Source of the DNA: Callorhinchus milii
Taxonomy: Eukaryota
Assembly (NCBI RefSeq): GCF_018977255.1
Contig: NW_024704742.1
Location: 15,688,001-15,752,000 of the forward strand
Length of the DNA stretch: 64,000 bases
Reading direction: 5' to 3'
Shown: positions 48,537-60,164 of the stretch, piece after piece
Numbering within the stretch: position 1 is the first letter of the stretch
Layout of the letters: each line of letters opens with the position of its first letter
Notes under the pieces: generated by a model
What the model was told of the DNA's origin: nothing
Seen by the model: the letters and a program-made list of their open reading frames with translations, nothing else
The model's database searches: none
Position numbers and translations under genes: made by a program

Positions 48537-51500
48537 ACATTGTCCAGTGCCTTGGCACATCCTCCCAACATGAAAGTCGCTATATAAATGTAGGTTTTGT
48601 ATTTATGCATTTATACATGGTTTACCCTGCCAGCAAAGTTGATTCAACACAAGCATTTTTTTTGGTGTTTGCTTGTGCTTTCCTGTTTCCAGTTGAACAG
48701 CAAGCATTCAAACCCTGAAGACTTGCAAATGGTGATTTCCTGAAAATTACAGACAACTTTATACGATCTGAAAACAATGCCTTTTATTAATCTGATTTTG
48801 ATTGTGTGATGAGATTACCCGGAGTGGAAATAAAAATGGTTTTGGCCAGGCTGGTGTGGGCAGATGGAAAAGCAGGCCAGTGGGAATAAATGTTTAGGAA
48901 TTGAGCCTTTAAACAGAAAACAGAGCTAAAATGGGAGCCTCATGTTGTGAACAAAATATGACTCAATTCATAAAGGTATTTACCAGATTTTATGGTGCAT
49001 TTTCTATATTTTGCAGGAACTTGAGGAATTTGGAAATTGAATCATTGAGGTCGTAATTACAGTACAATAAATGCTTGCATTTGATATACAGTAGTGCTTT
49101 TTAATGTTGAAATGTTTAAATGTTTTCTGTGAAATGTAGTATTTATAGATAAATACATCAGCTAATTTATGTTCAGCAATGTCCCACTAATAGTCATTAA
49201 CTTAATGACCAACATTTTTTTATCTTGATGGGGGGATGTTGACCAGAACATTGTATGACAAATTTTAATGAATGTTATTCCCATACCCTTCTATTCCCTT
49301 CTCCCTCATTTGAAGATCTAGCATTCCTTTTGAATGCATCCATACTATCTGATTCAACCATTGCTTCAGGCTGTGAATTCCACAATCTCACTATCCTCTG
49401 GGTGAATAAGCTCCTCCCAAATTCTCTTTTACTATTTTTATGGTGTGCTTCAACAGATGGATAAGTAATACTGCATTTATAATTTTTTTTTAAAAATCTT
49501 TGTAGTAAAAGGCACTTTTCTACTTTTGCAGATATCAGAAAAGTTCCAAACCTGCATAAGCATATTTTTTTCTATCTCACAATTTTCAGATGCACCAAGA
49601 TAGTAAAATAAGAATAGGTTTAGATTTGTAAAGGACAATTTCAGGAGAGGCACCATGATATATTTATTTATCCAGAGAGTAATTGACCACTTGATCACTT
49701 TGTAAGAAAGAGTGGTTGAGCTCCAGTTGATGTTGTGATGGTAGGGTGGGTATTCTGGATGAATGAAACCAAATGGGCTGAAGGGTCTTCTTTATCCAAA
49801 ACAATCGTGAAACTGTAATCTTTGCTCCTGACTGCCAGTGAATTGATAAGGAAGAGTTGGGGACCTTTGGTGTTCTGTTTAATGTGGGGTATCACATGCA
49901 CCTAGACAACCAACCAAAGAATATGCTGGGAAGCCATTTCTAGGGTGTAATCTCTCAACGCTCTATTGACCAGTACTGCCTAAGGTTACACAAAATTGAA
50001 AAGAGCATCACAGCACAGAAATAGGCCATTCAGCCCAACTAGTCTGTGCTGATGTTCATATTCCACTTGAGGCTCCATCCGTCTGGATTTCTCTCCCATA
50101 CCACTCTATTCTCTTTGGAAACACTAGCTGCCTACAACATTTGCCTGATTTGCTGGAGCCCTAATAGACATTTTCCTCCCATTCAGGAAGCTGGTGAAAT
50201 GTTTATTGAGGTACGAAAACTGCGATGCTATGTGTCAACAGGCACCAAATGGAATTGAGAAAGTAAACCAAATAAATATTATTTCAGAAATGTCAGTTAA
50301 TAGAATAAGAGGGTAGAGTTTCAGGATTCACACTAAGCAATATTCCTTTACCCAGAGGGTAATTAATAATTGGACAAGTTACCAGGAAGAATTATTAAGG
50401 CCAGCACACTGGACATGTTTAAGAAACCCCTTGATGCTATGATGGGAAGACAGCAGGGTTGCCAGAAATTAAAATATGATGGTAGTCCAAAGTCAACCAA
50501 GGTTCTAGCCCACAAGTAGCCCAATATTATACATTGCCTATTGTGGGTAGTAGAGTAGCCGATTTAAGTTGGTGCTTTTGAAACTGTGTAAGAAAAGATC
50601 TTCAAAGGAAGAAAAGCATTCTGCAGGTTTAAATTTTTTTTTTAAATTTGGCACTCACCCAAAATAGATTTGTCGCACAGTTTTAAAAAAAAACCTCTCA
50701 ATCGGGAGTGAACCTGCCCAATCTTGTAACATTGGAAGACGGTGAAGTGGGTATTCTGGAAGGTTCAGATTCAAATGGGCTGAAGCACCTTATAAATCTG
50801 AACAGAAATTGCAAATGTGTAAACTTGTGAAGTTGCCTTGCACTCATCTTCCCAAATCAATGTGGGGGGGAAAAGCCCATCAGAAAAAGGGTAGTGAGAA
50901 TGATACCTCAACACCAAAACTAGCACCTCATGATGTAAAATATGATTCCTCGGGCAATGTCACGTATGCCAAGCCGACAAGCAGGAACTTGACTGTGATT
51001 GGAGATTACATCAGAACTGAATTCCCATGGGTTGGCAAGATGTTCATGTTTTCTCTACAAGTTGCACTTAATGTTCCAGCCTTGAGGTATTGTTTCTGCT
51101 GCTGTTTTTCTGCCGAGCGCTTTTCAATGTCATTGCCTCTTTTGAATATAAATAACTAATAATTTAATATAAAGCCTTGTGCATCAAAGCACAATCTAAA
51201 AGCACTTAACAAAAAAAATTACTTTAAACTGCAATAAATGTTTGCACACATAATACACACAATCGCACTTTACCATTTTCCCTGTGAAACACTTTGAGAC
51301 ATCTCAACGACATGAAAAGCAGATATATCAATGCAAGGATTATTAGTAGTATTGTTAATATTCCCATGTGACAGGCACTGTACTTAACAGTGCCAGCAAT
51401 GACCATAAATAACCATGAAAAGCCAATTAAACTGACTTTTTAGGGAGCAGGGGAAGGGTCAACTTGCATTATGGAGGAATGCTGGTTGGGAGGCAATACA

Positions 51501-52470
51501 ATTCTATTTGCAAAGTAAAAGGAAATGACAAAAAAATATAGAGGGAGAAGAAGGAAAGGAAAGAGCATGAATCACTTTGAGATATTTTGACATGATGAAA
51601 GGTGCCATAAAAATTCAAGTGTTTTCTTTCACACCAGTTGCTGAAAAGAGAGAAAGTTCGCTGCAACGAGAGAACCTAGATGGCCCACTGTCCATCACAA
51701 TCAATCAATTCAAACATAAGCACTTGAAATAAAAAGCAATGTGACTTTTTGAGAATTTGATCGACTTCACTAAACCCAATTGGCTTCAGCTCAGGAAATT
51801 AAGTATTTTGCAAATTCACTGATCTTAAAAAGAAGCATTGAATAAAGCAATCAATTTCAAAATTGAAGCCTGCCTGAAGACCAGAAGATGTGCTTCACAC
51901 CTGAGACTAGGAACCAGGGATTGTACTGTTAGGAGATTATGCAGTATTTGACAACATTTGGAGCTCAACAAAATCTATATTTCTATCACACTGCATTAGC
52001 GCTCGGAGTTTGAGTACTTATGTTTCAAATGATTGATTTTTTCTGCTAGAGTTTTTGCAAAGATGATGAAGATTATATATTTTTCAAATCTTTTCTATTT
52101 CTGAAACTTATGCAGAAAATGAAAGTTAGAAATCTGCCAGTCAACAGTTCTCCATGAGTTGTACTGGGAAGAATGGAAAGGCTGTATTAGGACCCGAGGG
52201 TAATTCTTGATAGAGAAATAAAGAATAAAGTTGTAAATTATTGTACATAAACATAAACATCATCTGAAGTTGGGTCAGACAACAATGCTCCATTAGTTTG
52301 ACCCTTCACTGCAACAGGATATGAATTTATATTAAGTAAAAAGTAAAAGAATCTTGGATTCAGAGCAATTATTCAGTATACATTGGAAATAATGTTAAGA
52401 TCTTCAAAAAGGAATGTCAGAGGTTACTTTTTAGATACCTCACTGTTGCAGTGAAGCTATGAACAAATAG
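48537..52470 (+). repeat. Left arm of a large inverted duplication
   Basis: Colinear reverse-complement match to 53580-59909, except for 50244-50940 and several indels. Confidence 0.93.
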
Positions 52471-52559
52471 CTTTTCATTTGATAGATCAAAAGAAGCTCT
52501 GAGCTCACGTTTCCCGCCAGTATAGCAGAGAGGACTCTGAGTGTGTGTCTGTGGATAGA

Positions 52560-53350
52560 GAGAGAAAGTGGGTAAGTTCAGGATCTCTGAGTTTGAGCAT
52601 TGTGTCATCTGCAAATGTGTCATCTTCATTAGCATTGTGTCATCTGCAAATTTAGCCACTGTGCTTGTGACTCCGAGCTCCAGGTCATTTATGAAGATGT
52701 TAAATAAAAGAGATCCCAAAACAGACCTCTGCAGAACTCCACTGGTAACATTCTCTCAGCTGATGACATTCCCTGTACCACCACCTTCTGGGTTCAATCT
52801 GTCAGACAGCAAGATACTTCCTCTGATTCCCTCTTTCTTTATTTATTAGGACTTCTGGATGACTTCTATCTATGCTATTTCTTCCTACATGGACAAGCAC
52901 GATTGGTTCGTCACCTGCTCCCTTGAGCATTTTGTCAACCCGTGATGTCAGATCCTCAACTCATGCACCCAGGAGGCAACTTACCGTTTGATTTTTTGGG
53001 TCCAGTTTGCGCAGAAGAATTCTTTCTGTAAAGTGGATAGCCATATTCCCTAACAACACGACTTGTCTGGTTTTCCTTCTATTTTCCCTCTTCTGACAGG
53101 CTGCTGGATGGTCTCAGGGATTGCACATTCTTGCCTGTCTCAGCAAGCCCTTAGATTTCCATATTGTCTCTCTCTTTAGAGGAGAGAAACTGTTTGAGAG
53201 CACCAGGGATTCCTCCTCCTGCCTCATTACCTGACCACAATTTCTAGAACCTTTTCTGACAGAGACCCACCCGCCTCTTCTTGATAACCGACCGACCGTA
53301 CCTCCAACCATACCTTCATGGTCACCTCCCCACTCTCCCTGGCTAGATGT
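52560..53350 (-). mobile_element. CR1 remnant in the palindrome spacer (ORF1 esterase piece joined to an RT piece)
   Basis: Minus strand EDLTSRVDKMLKGAGDEPIVLVHVGRNSI (CR1 ORF1 SGNH-like) and [25 protein letters not shown]. Confidence 0.75.
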
Positions 53351-53616
53351 CATGCTCCACCACTGTCAAGCACTCTGGGACGCTACCCTTCATAAGAAGC
53401 GATTTTTCAACTTCAATATGAAAGCTGACTGCGGTGGTGGGGGCAGAGAAAGAGGACAAACAAATAACTTAAAAACTAATATTTAATCTCAGAAAGTGTA
53501 TTAATTTCAAATAAGAGTATGATGCATTATGTGCAAATTTCTTGCTGATTAACTGCCATAAGCACACCAAGTCCACATACTATTTCATCATAGCTTCATG
53601 GCAACAGAGAGGTATC

Positions 53617-54630
53617 CTGGAGGATCATAAACTTGGTAAAGGAGGCCCTTTGGCACTTCCAAAACCAGTCGTCGTTCTGCCGAACGAGGGGACGGTGAGG
53701 GCCTTCCTCAGGCTAGCGCACGCTAGGATCAGGGATTATATACTGAGGGACAAGCTGAAGATTGACTCAACCGCGGCAAAGGCCAGATGGGGCCTGACCC
53801 CGGCAGGAGCAGCTCCGGCACTACCCACTCAGGATGCACCCACCAGGTAGCCTACAAGCGCACCCAAAACTGACAGAAAAAAACATAAGGGTACAGAAGG
53901 ACGCTCGAGATGTAACAACAATAACAAGATTCCATTTATAGAGCGCCTTTCACGTCGGGAGGACGTCCCAAGGCGCTGTACAGTTGGGTCAGGACCCGAG
54001 CAAGGGGAAAATGGTCAGGGTGAGGGAAGGGAGGGAGCGAGGAGAGGGAAGAGAGTCGAGAGGGTAGCTGAAGGCACAGTCAAAGAGAAAGGTCTTGAGA
54101 CCGGCCTTGAAGGAGGAAAGGGAGGAAGCAAGGCGAAGGCACTGGGGGATGGAGTTCCAGAGCCTAGGGGCTGAGAGGCTGAAGGCCCGGCCATCGATGG
54201 TAGGGCGGTTGGGGCGGGGGATGTGGAGCAGACCGGAGCCAGAGGAACGGAGGGTACGGGCGGGTAGGTAGGGGGATAGTAGGTCGGAGAGGTAGGAGGG
54301 AGCAAGGCTGAGAATGGCCTTGTAGGTGAACCAACGAGTGTCCCAAAAATGTATGTACAGTAAATACATGCGCGTACAGTGCACATCGGAGCAGCTTCCG
54401 AAAGCGGCAAATGCATGGATGTGCTGTACACAGGGGCGACTCCCGACTGTTTTAAAGGGAGCGTCCCAAAAAACATGTGCACAACCTACGTGCTGTGAAG
54501 GAATGTACCATAAACAAAGGAAGTTTTTTTGTATCGGGAGAAGGGAGAAAACTGTAACAGAAGTTGTTGTTTTAGATTTCTGTTGTAACAAATATTATAT
54601 TTATAAATATATATATTTTCAAAAAGAAAC
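53617..54630 (+). mobile_element. Tx1/L1-clade LINE 3' fragment with 16 bp TSD
   Basis: RLAHARIRDYILRDKLKIDSTAAKARWG resembles the ORF2 C-terminus of fish/shark Tx1-type elements; AT-rich 3' UTR ending in an A tract; flanked by GCAACAGAGAGGTATC and GCAACAAAAGAGGTATC. Confidence 0.75.
53914..54329 (-). mobile_element. Young L2 3' end nested in the Tx1-like element
   Basis: Highly similar to 22136-22605; CTCCC-loop tail. Confidence 0.9.
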
Positions 54631-56326
54631 GCAACAAAAGAGGTATCTAAAACATAAGCGCTGACATTCCATTTTGAAGATCTCAACATTATTTCTCGTC
54701 TACAGTGAATAATTGCTCTGAATCCAATATACTTTTACTTTTTACTTTATATAAATTCATATCCTATTGCAGTCAAGGGTCAAACTAATGGAGCATTGCT
54801 GTCTGACCCAACTTCAGAAGATGTACAGTATTCTATAATTTGTACATTTGCAACTTTTTTTTTCTCTCCTCTATCAAGAGGAGCCCCCAGGCCCCTAATA
54901 CAGCCTTTCCATTCAGCCCAGTACAACTCATGGAGAACTGTTGACTGGCAGATTTCTAACTTTTGCATAAGTTTCAGATATAGAAAAGATTTGAAAAATA
55001 TATAATCTTCATCATCTTTGCAAAAACGTTAGCAGAAAAAATCAATCAATTGAAATATAAGCACTCAAACTCTGAGCGCTAATGCAGTGTGATAGAAATA
55101 TATATTTTGTTGAGGTCCAAATGTTGTCAAATACTGCATAATCTCCTAATAGTACAATCCCTGGTTCCTAGTCTCAGGTGTGAAGCACATCTTCTGGTCT
55201 TCAGGCAGGCTTCAATTTTGAAATTGATTGCTTTATTCAATGCTTCTTTTTAAGATCAGTGAATTTGCAAAATACTTAATTTCCTGAGCTGAAGCCAATT
55301 GGGTTTAGTGAAGTCGATCAAATTCTCAAAAAGTCACATTGCTTTTTATTTCAAGTGCTTATGTTTGAATTGATTGATTGTGATGGACAGTGGGCCATCT
55401 AGGTTCTCTCGTTGCAGCGAACTTTCTCTCTTTTCAGCAACTGGTGTGAAAGAAAACACTTGAATTTTTATGGCACCTTTCATCATGTCAAAATATCTCA
55501 AAGTGCTTCACGAGTAATTCCCATCAAATGTGGTGGCTGTTCTTCTGTAGGCAAACGTAACAGCCATTTCCACAGACAAGTACAGGCCCTGTCTTGTGGG
55601 CTTGCATGTTGAGCTACCTACTGTTCTGTCCTCTGTTAATATGTTCATCATTTTTTGCTCTTTCCTTTTATTTCCTCCTTCTTCTTGTATGATTTTTGAC
55701 ATTTCCTTTTACTTTGCAAATAGAATTGTATTGCCTCCCAACCAACATTCCTCCTTCATGCAAGTTGACCCTTCCCCTGCTCCCCCCAAAATCAGATTAA
55801 TTGGCTTTTCATGGTTATTTATGGTCATTGCTGGCACTGTTAAGTACCATGTTTGTCACATAAGAATATTAATAACACTAATACTGCTCCTACTAATAAT
55901 AATCCTTGCATCGATATATCTCCTTACCATGTCATTGAGATGTCTCAAGCACTTCACAGGTTAGACTGTAAAGTGTTGTGATTGTGTGTATTTTGTGTGC
56001 AAACATTTACTGCAGTTTAAAGTAATTGTTTTTGTTAAGTGCTTTTAGACTGTGCTTTGATGTACAAGACTTTATACTAAATTATTAGTTATTTATATTC
56101 AAAAGAGACAGTGACATTGAAAAGCGCTCGGCAGAAAAACAGCAGCAGAAACAATACCTCAAGGCTGGAACATTAAGTGCAACATTTGCAGAGAAACATG
56201 AACATCATGCCAACCCATGGGAATTCAGTTCTGATGTAATCTCCAATCACAGCCAAGTTCCTGCTTGTCGGCTTGGCTTTCGTGACATTGCCCCGGGAAT
56301 CATACTATAAAATCATATAGTCTTTT

Positions 56327-56700
56327 ATAATAATAATCCTTGCATTTGAGATAAGCGCCTTATCACATCTTTGAAGTATCTAAAAGCATTTCACAGAATA
56401 TACTGTAAAGTTAATTGACTGTATATTTTGTGGGCGAAATATGGCAGCCAATTGCACATATCCGTGTTCCACAAACAGTCATGAATTGAGAGACCCATCT
56501 TTTAAATTTTTCTTTAAAATGGATTAATACCCCCAGAAAGTGCTGTGCCAATCAACTATCACCCGGGTTCCTACTTACTCCTAGGTAAACAGGGTAAGGC
56601 ATGAAGCGTGAGGAGTAAGGAAACTTGGTTGCGTCCTGCCCGGGAATTGAACCCGGTTCCTCTCACTTGTAAGGTGATTGCTCTAACCAATAAGCTTCCC
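56327..56700 (-). mobile_element. tRNA-Ala SINE, long subtype (degenerate)
   Basis: Contains GTTTACCTAGGAGTAAGTAGGAACCC block, B box and tail. Confidence 0.8.
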
Positions 56701-58118
56701 TTAGCTCCTCAGACCTTCAGTCAATGTCATATGTCCCCACAATTGGATGTACTCCCTTTCTCTGCTTTATTCATCCATCCTTACTTTTATATCTCTCTCC
56801 TCTGCACTGCACAGTGGGCCTTCATGTCTCAGTGGAGCAGCCAAACTGAAGTATCATGTTTAAAGACACATACACACAAAGCTGAGGGATGTTGTACCAC
56901 TGATAAAAAGCGCATTAAAAGATCATTGAGCAAACAGAGGATGAAATATCAACATAAATATTTAGTGAAGGATCAAGACAGCAATAAGTGATAGCAGCGA
57001 CTCCATGGAATTCAAAATGTTCCTGCCTCATTTTGTTTCTCCTGCATTTTGACCTTTGTATTTTTGTATTGCTGTATACAGAATGAAGAATTTTTGAGGA
57101 TGAGAAAATACCTTTAAAAATATCACAGATGTCAACGCTTAATTTCAGCTTTGACATTGCACTGCATAATTAAACGTTCCTGTTTTAAATAGAAGGGTAT
57201 TCTTGTTTTCCAAAAGTATGTTAACGTTCAGGCTAAATCTGTTTCTCTGTCTGTTGCTAACAACAATGAAGAAATACAATGAGTTTAAAAACACATCTGC
57301 CTCTTTGTTTATGAAACAATCATATTTCACACTGATGATTCTGCAAGGCTTACAAAGGATAACATGTACCTGTTAACAATTCTTTTGTGGACACATCTGT
57401 AGATATACTTCTTTCAACTGCTGCCTGGGTGACACTTACCACTGCAGTTTTCAGACCTTAATAGACATTTCACCAACTTCCTGACTGGGAGGAAAATGTC
57501 TAATAAGGCTCCAGCAAATCAGGCAAATACTCTAGGTGGATAGTGTTTCCAAAGGGAATAGAATGGTATGGGAGAGGAAATTTGGACGGATGGAGCCTCA
57601 AGTGGAATATAAACATCAGCACATCCGACGTGAAAGGCGTTTTACAAATATAATTTTGTTGTTGTTTCTGTGCTGGCATGTTCTTTATAATTCTGTGTAA
57701 CCTTAGGCAGTACAGACAGTGCAGAGAGATTACATGCTAGAAATGCCTTACCAGCATACCCTTTGATTGGTTCTAGGTGCATTTCCTACAGCGTTACCCC
57801 ACATTAAACAGAACACCAAAGGCCCCCAACTCTTCCTGATTACATCACTGGCAGTAGGGAGGAAAGATTACGGTATCTCGATTGGTTTGGATAAAGAAGA
57901 CCCTTCACCCCATTTGATTTCATCGATCCACAATACACACCCTACCATCTTCCCATCACAGCATCCACTGGAGCTCAACCACTCTTCCTTACAAAGTGAT
58001 CAAGTGATCAATTTCTCTCTCGATAAATAAATATATCATGGTGCCTGTCCTGAAATTACCCTTTACAAATCTAAACCTGTGTATTCTTATTCTACTATCT
58101 TGGAGCATCTGAAAATTG

Positions 58119-58336
58119 TGTTCTGCATTTGCTTTCTTAATTCCAGTTTACAAGCTGTATCTCTCTATCTTGTCCCCTCTGTGACAAAGTGTTTCCGGAC
58201 TGAAGATCCCCTGAATCTGACTGAAGATACTCTCAAGTCTCAGCAGCTAACATTACAGTTTTAGGGTACCTGAATTTATGTTCTCCATCCCTCCTGTAAA
58301 GCAAACTGGAAAGGAAAACTCTACTACTGTAGAACA
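58119..58336. mobile_element. Solo-LTR-like insertion (218 bp, TG...CA, 4 bp TSD)
   Basis: ATTG|TGTTCTGCA...TGTAGAACA|ATTG; absent from the paralogous site at 49580-49583. Confidence 0.7.
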
Positions 58337-58609
58337 ATTGGGAGATAGAAAAAAATATACTTATGCAGGTTTGGAACTTTTCTGATATCTGCAAAAGTAG
58401 AAAAGTGCCTTTTAATGACTATTAGTGGGACATTGCTGAACATAAATTAGTTGATGTATTTATCTATAAATACTACATTTTACAGAAAACATTTAAACAT
58501 TTCAACATTAAAAGGCACTACCTATATCAAATGCAAGCATTCCTTGTACTGCTATTACAGCCTCAATGATTCAATTTCCAAATTCCTCAAGTTCCTGCAA
58601 AATATAGAA

Positions 58610-59444
58610 CAACAAGATTCCATTTATAGAGCGCCTTTCACGTCGGAAGGATGTCCCAAGGCGCTGTACAGTTGGGTCAGGACCCGAGCAGGGGGTAAAT
58701 GGTCAGGGTGAGGGGAGGGGAGGGAGGGAGCGAGGAGGGGGTAGAGAGTCGAGAGGGGAGCTGAAGGCACGGTCAAAGAGAAAGGTCTTGAGACCGGCCT
58801 TGAAGAAGGAAAGGGAGGAGGCGGCGAAGGCACTGCGGGATAGAGTTCCAGAGCCTCGGGGCTGAGAGGCTGAAGGCCCGGCCACCGATGGTAGGGCGGT
58901 TGGGGCGGGGGATGTGGAGCAGACTGGAGCCAGAGGAACGGAGGGTACGGGCAGGTAATTAGGGCGATAGTAGGTCGGAGAGGTAGGAGGGAGCGAGGCC
59001 GTGAATGGCCTTAATAATAATAATAATAATAATCCTTGCATTTGATATAGCGCTTTTCACGTCGGGAGGACGTCCCAAAGCGCTTCACAGAACACACTGC
59101 AAAGTGAATTGACTGTATATTTGTGGGCGAACGCGGCAGCCAATTGCGCACAGCAATGTCCCACAAACAGTCGTAGATTGAAAATGACCAATTTATTATT
59201 GTTTTTGGTTTTGGAGGGATTATTATTAGGCTCTGTGTGGAGTAAGGAAACTTGCCCAAGGTTTCGCCCTCTGCCTGGAATTGAACTCAGGTCTCTCACT
59301 TGCAAAGCGAGTGCTCTAACCACTGAGCTACAGGACTCCACAAGCTACAGGCCTTGTAGATGAGGATGAGGATCTTGAATTCGATCCTCTGGGGGATGGG
59401 AAGCCAGTGGAGGCGAGCGAGGGTGGGAGTGATGTGGTCGCATG
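58610..59444 (-). mobile_element. Young L2 3' end (contains a nested SINE)
   Basis: Matches 22136-22680; absent from the paralogous site at ~49003; GAA duplicated. Confidence 0.9.
59013..59339 (-). mobile_element. tRNA-Ala SINE, young subtype, nested in L2
   Basis: Full-length copy flanked by GGCCTT at 59007-59012 and 59350-59355. Confidence 0.92.
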
Positions 59445-60164
59445 GAAAATGCTACATTAAACATGATAAATGCCTTTATGAATTGAGTCATATTTTGTTC
59501 ACAACATGAGGCTCCCATTTTAGCTCCGGTTCTGTTAAAGGCTCAATTCCTAAACATTTATTCCCACTGGCCTGCTTTTCCATCTGCGCACACCAGCCTG
59601 GCCAGGAGCATTTTTATTTCCACTCCGGGTGATCTCTTCACAGAATCAAAACCAGATTTAAAAAAAGGATTGTTTTCAGATTGTATAAACGTGTCTGTAC
59701 ATTTCAGGAAATCACTATTCGCAAGTCTTCAGGGTTTGAATGCTTGCTGGCATCTGGCATCAGGAAAGCACAAGCAAACACCAAAAAAAATGCTTGTGTT
59801 GAATCAACTTTGCTGGCAGGGTAAACCATGTATAAATGCATAAATACAAAACCTACATTTATATAGCGACTTTCATGTTGGGAGGATGTGCCAAGGCATT
59901 GGACAATGTAACATTTGCACCTTCGCTAGTGGTGAGGGCTGAGGGGGTGTGGGATGGGGGCCGAGGAGGTGGGGGCCGAGGAAGTGAGGTAAAGATGGCC
60001 AAATGTGCATTCAAAGAAGATTATCTTGATGCAGACCTTGTGGAAGAGAGGGAACGGGTAAGTTGAAGGAACCAGAATGGAGTTCCAAAGTTTGGGAACA
60101 GATTTGCTTCAAGTCTGGTTACCAATGTTGGGGAAGGTGCTCATTCAGCACTCATTCACAACTC

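Larger units (their letters stand above)
53580..59909 (-). repeat. Right arm of the inverted duplication, expanded by insertions
   Basis: Reverse-complement match to 48537-52470. Confidence 0.93.

Noticed and set aside
50809..51159. 116 aa ORF or exon within the left arm
   Set aside because: No recognisable domain; the paralogous arm has frame-changing indels and lacks the 5' part
48537..59909. Giant TIR transposon (Polinton or foldback)
   Set aside because: No TSD or terminal motif found, no transposase/polymerase/integrase, and the arms consist of ordinary repeat-laden genomic DNA
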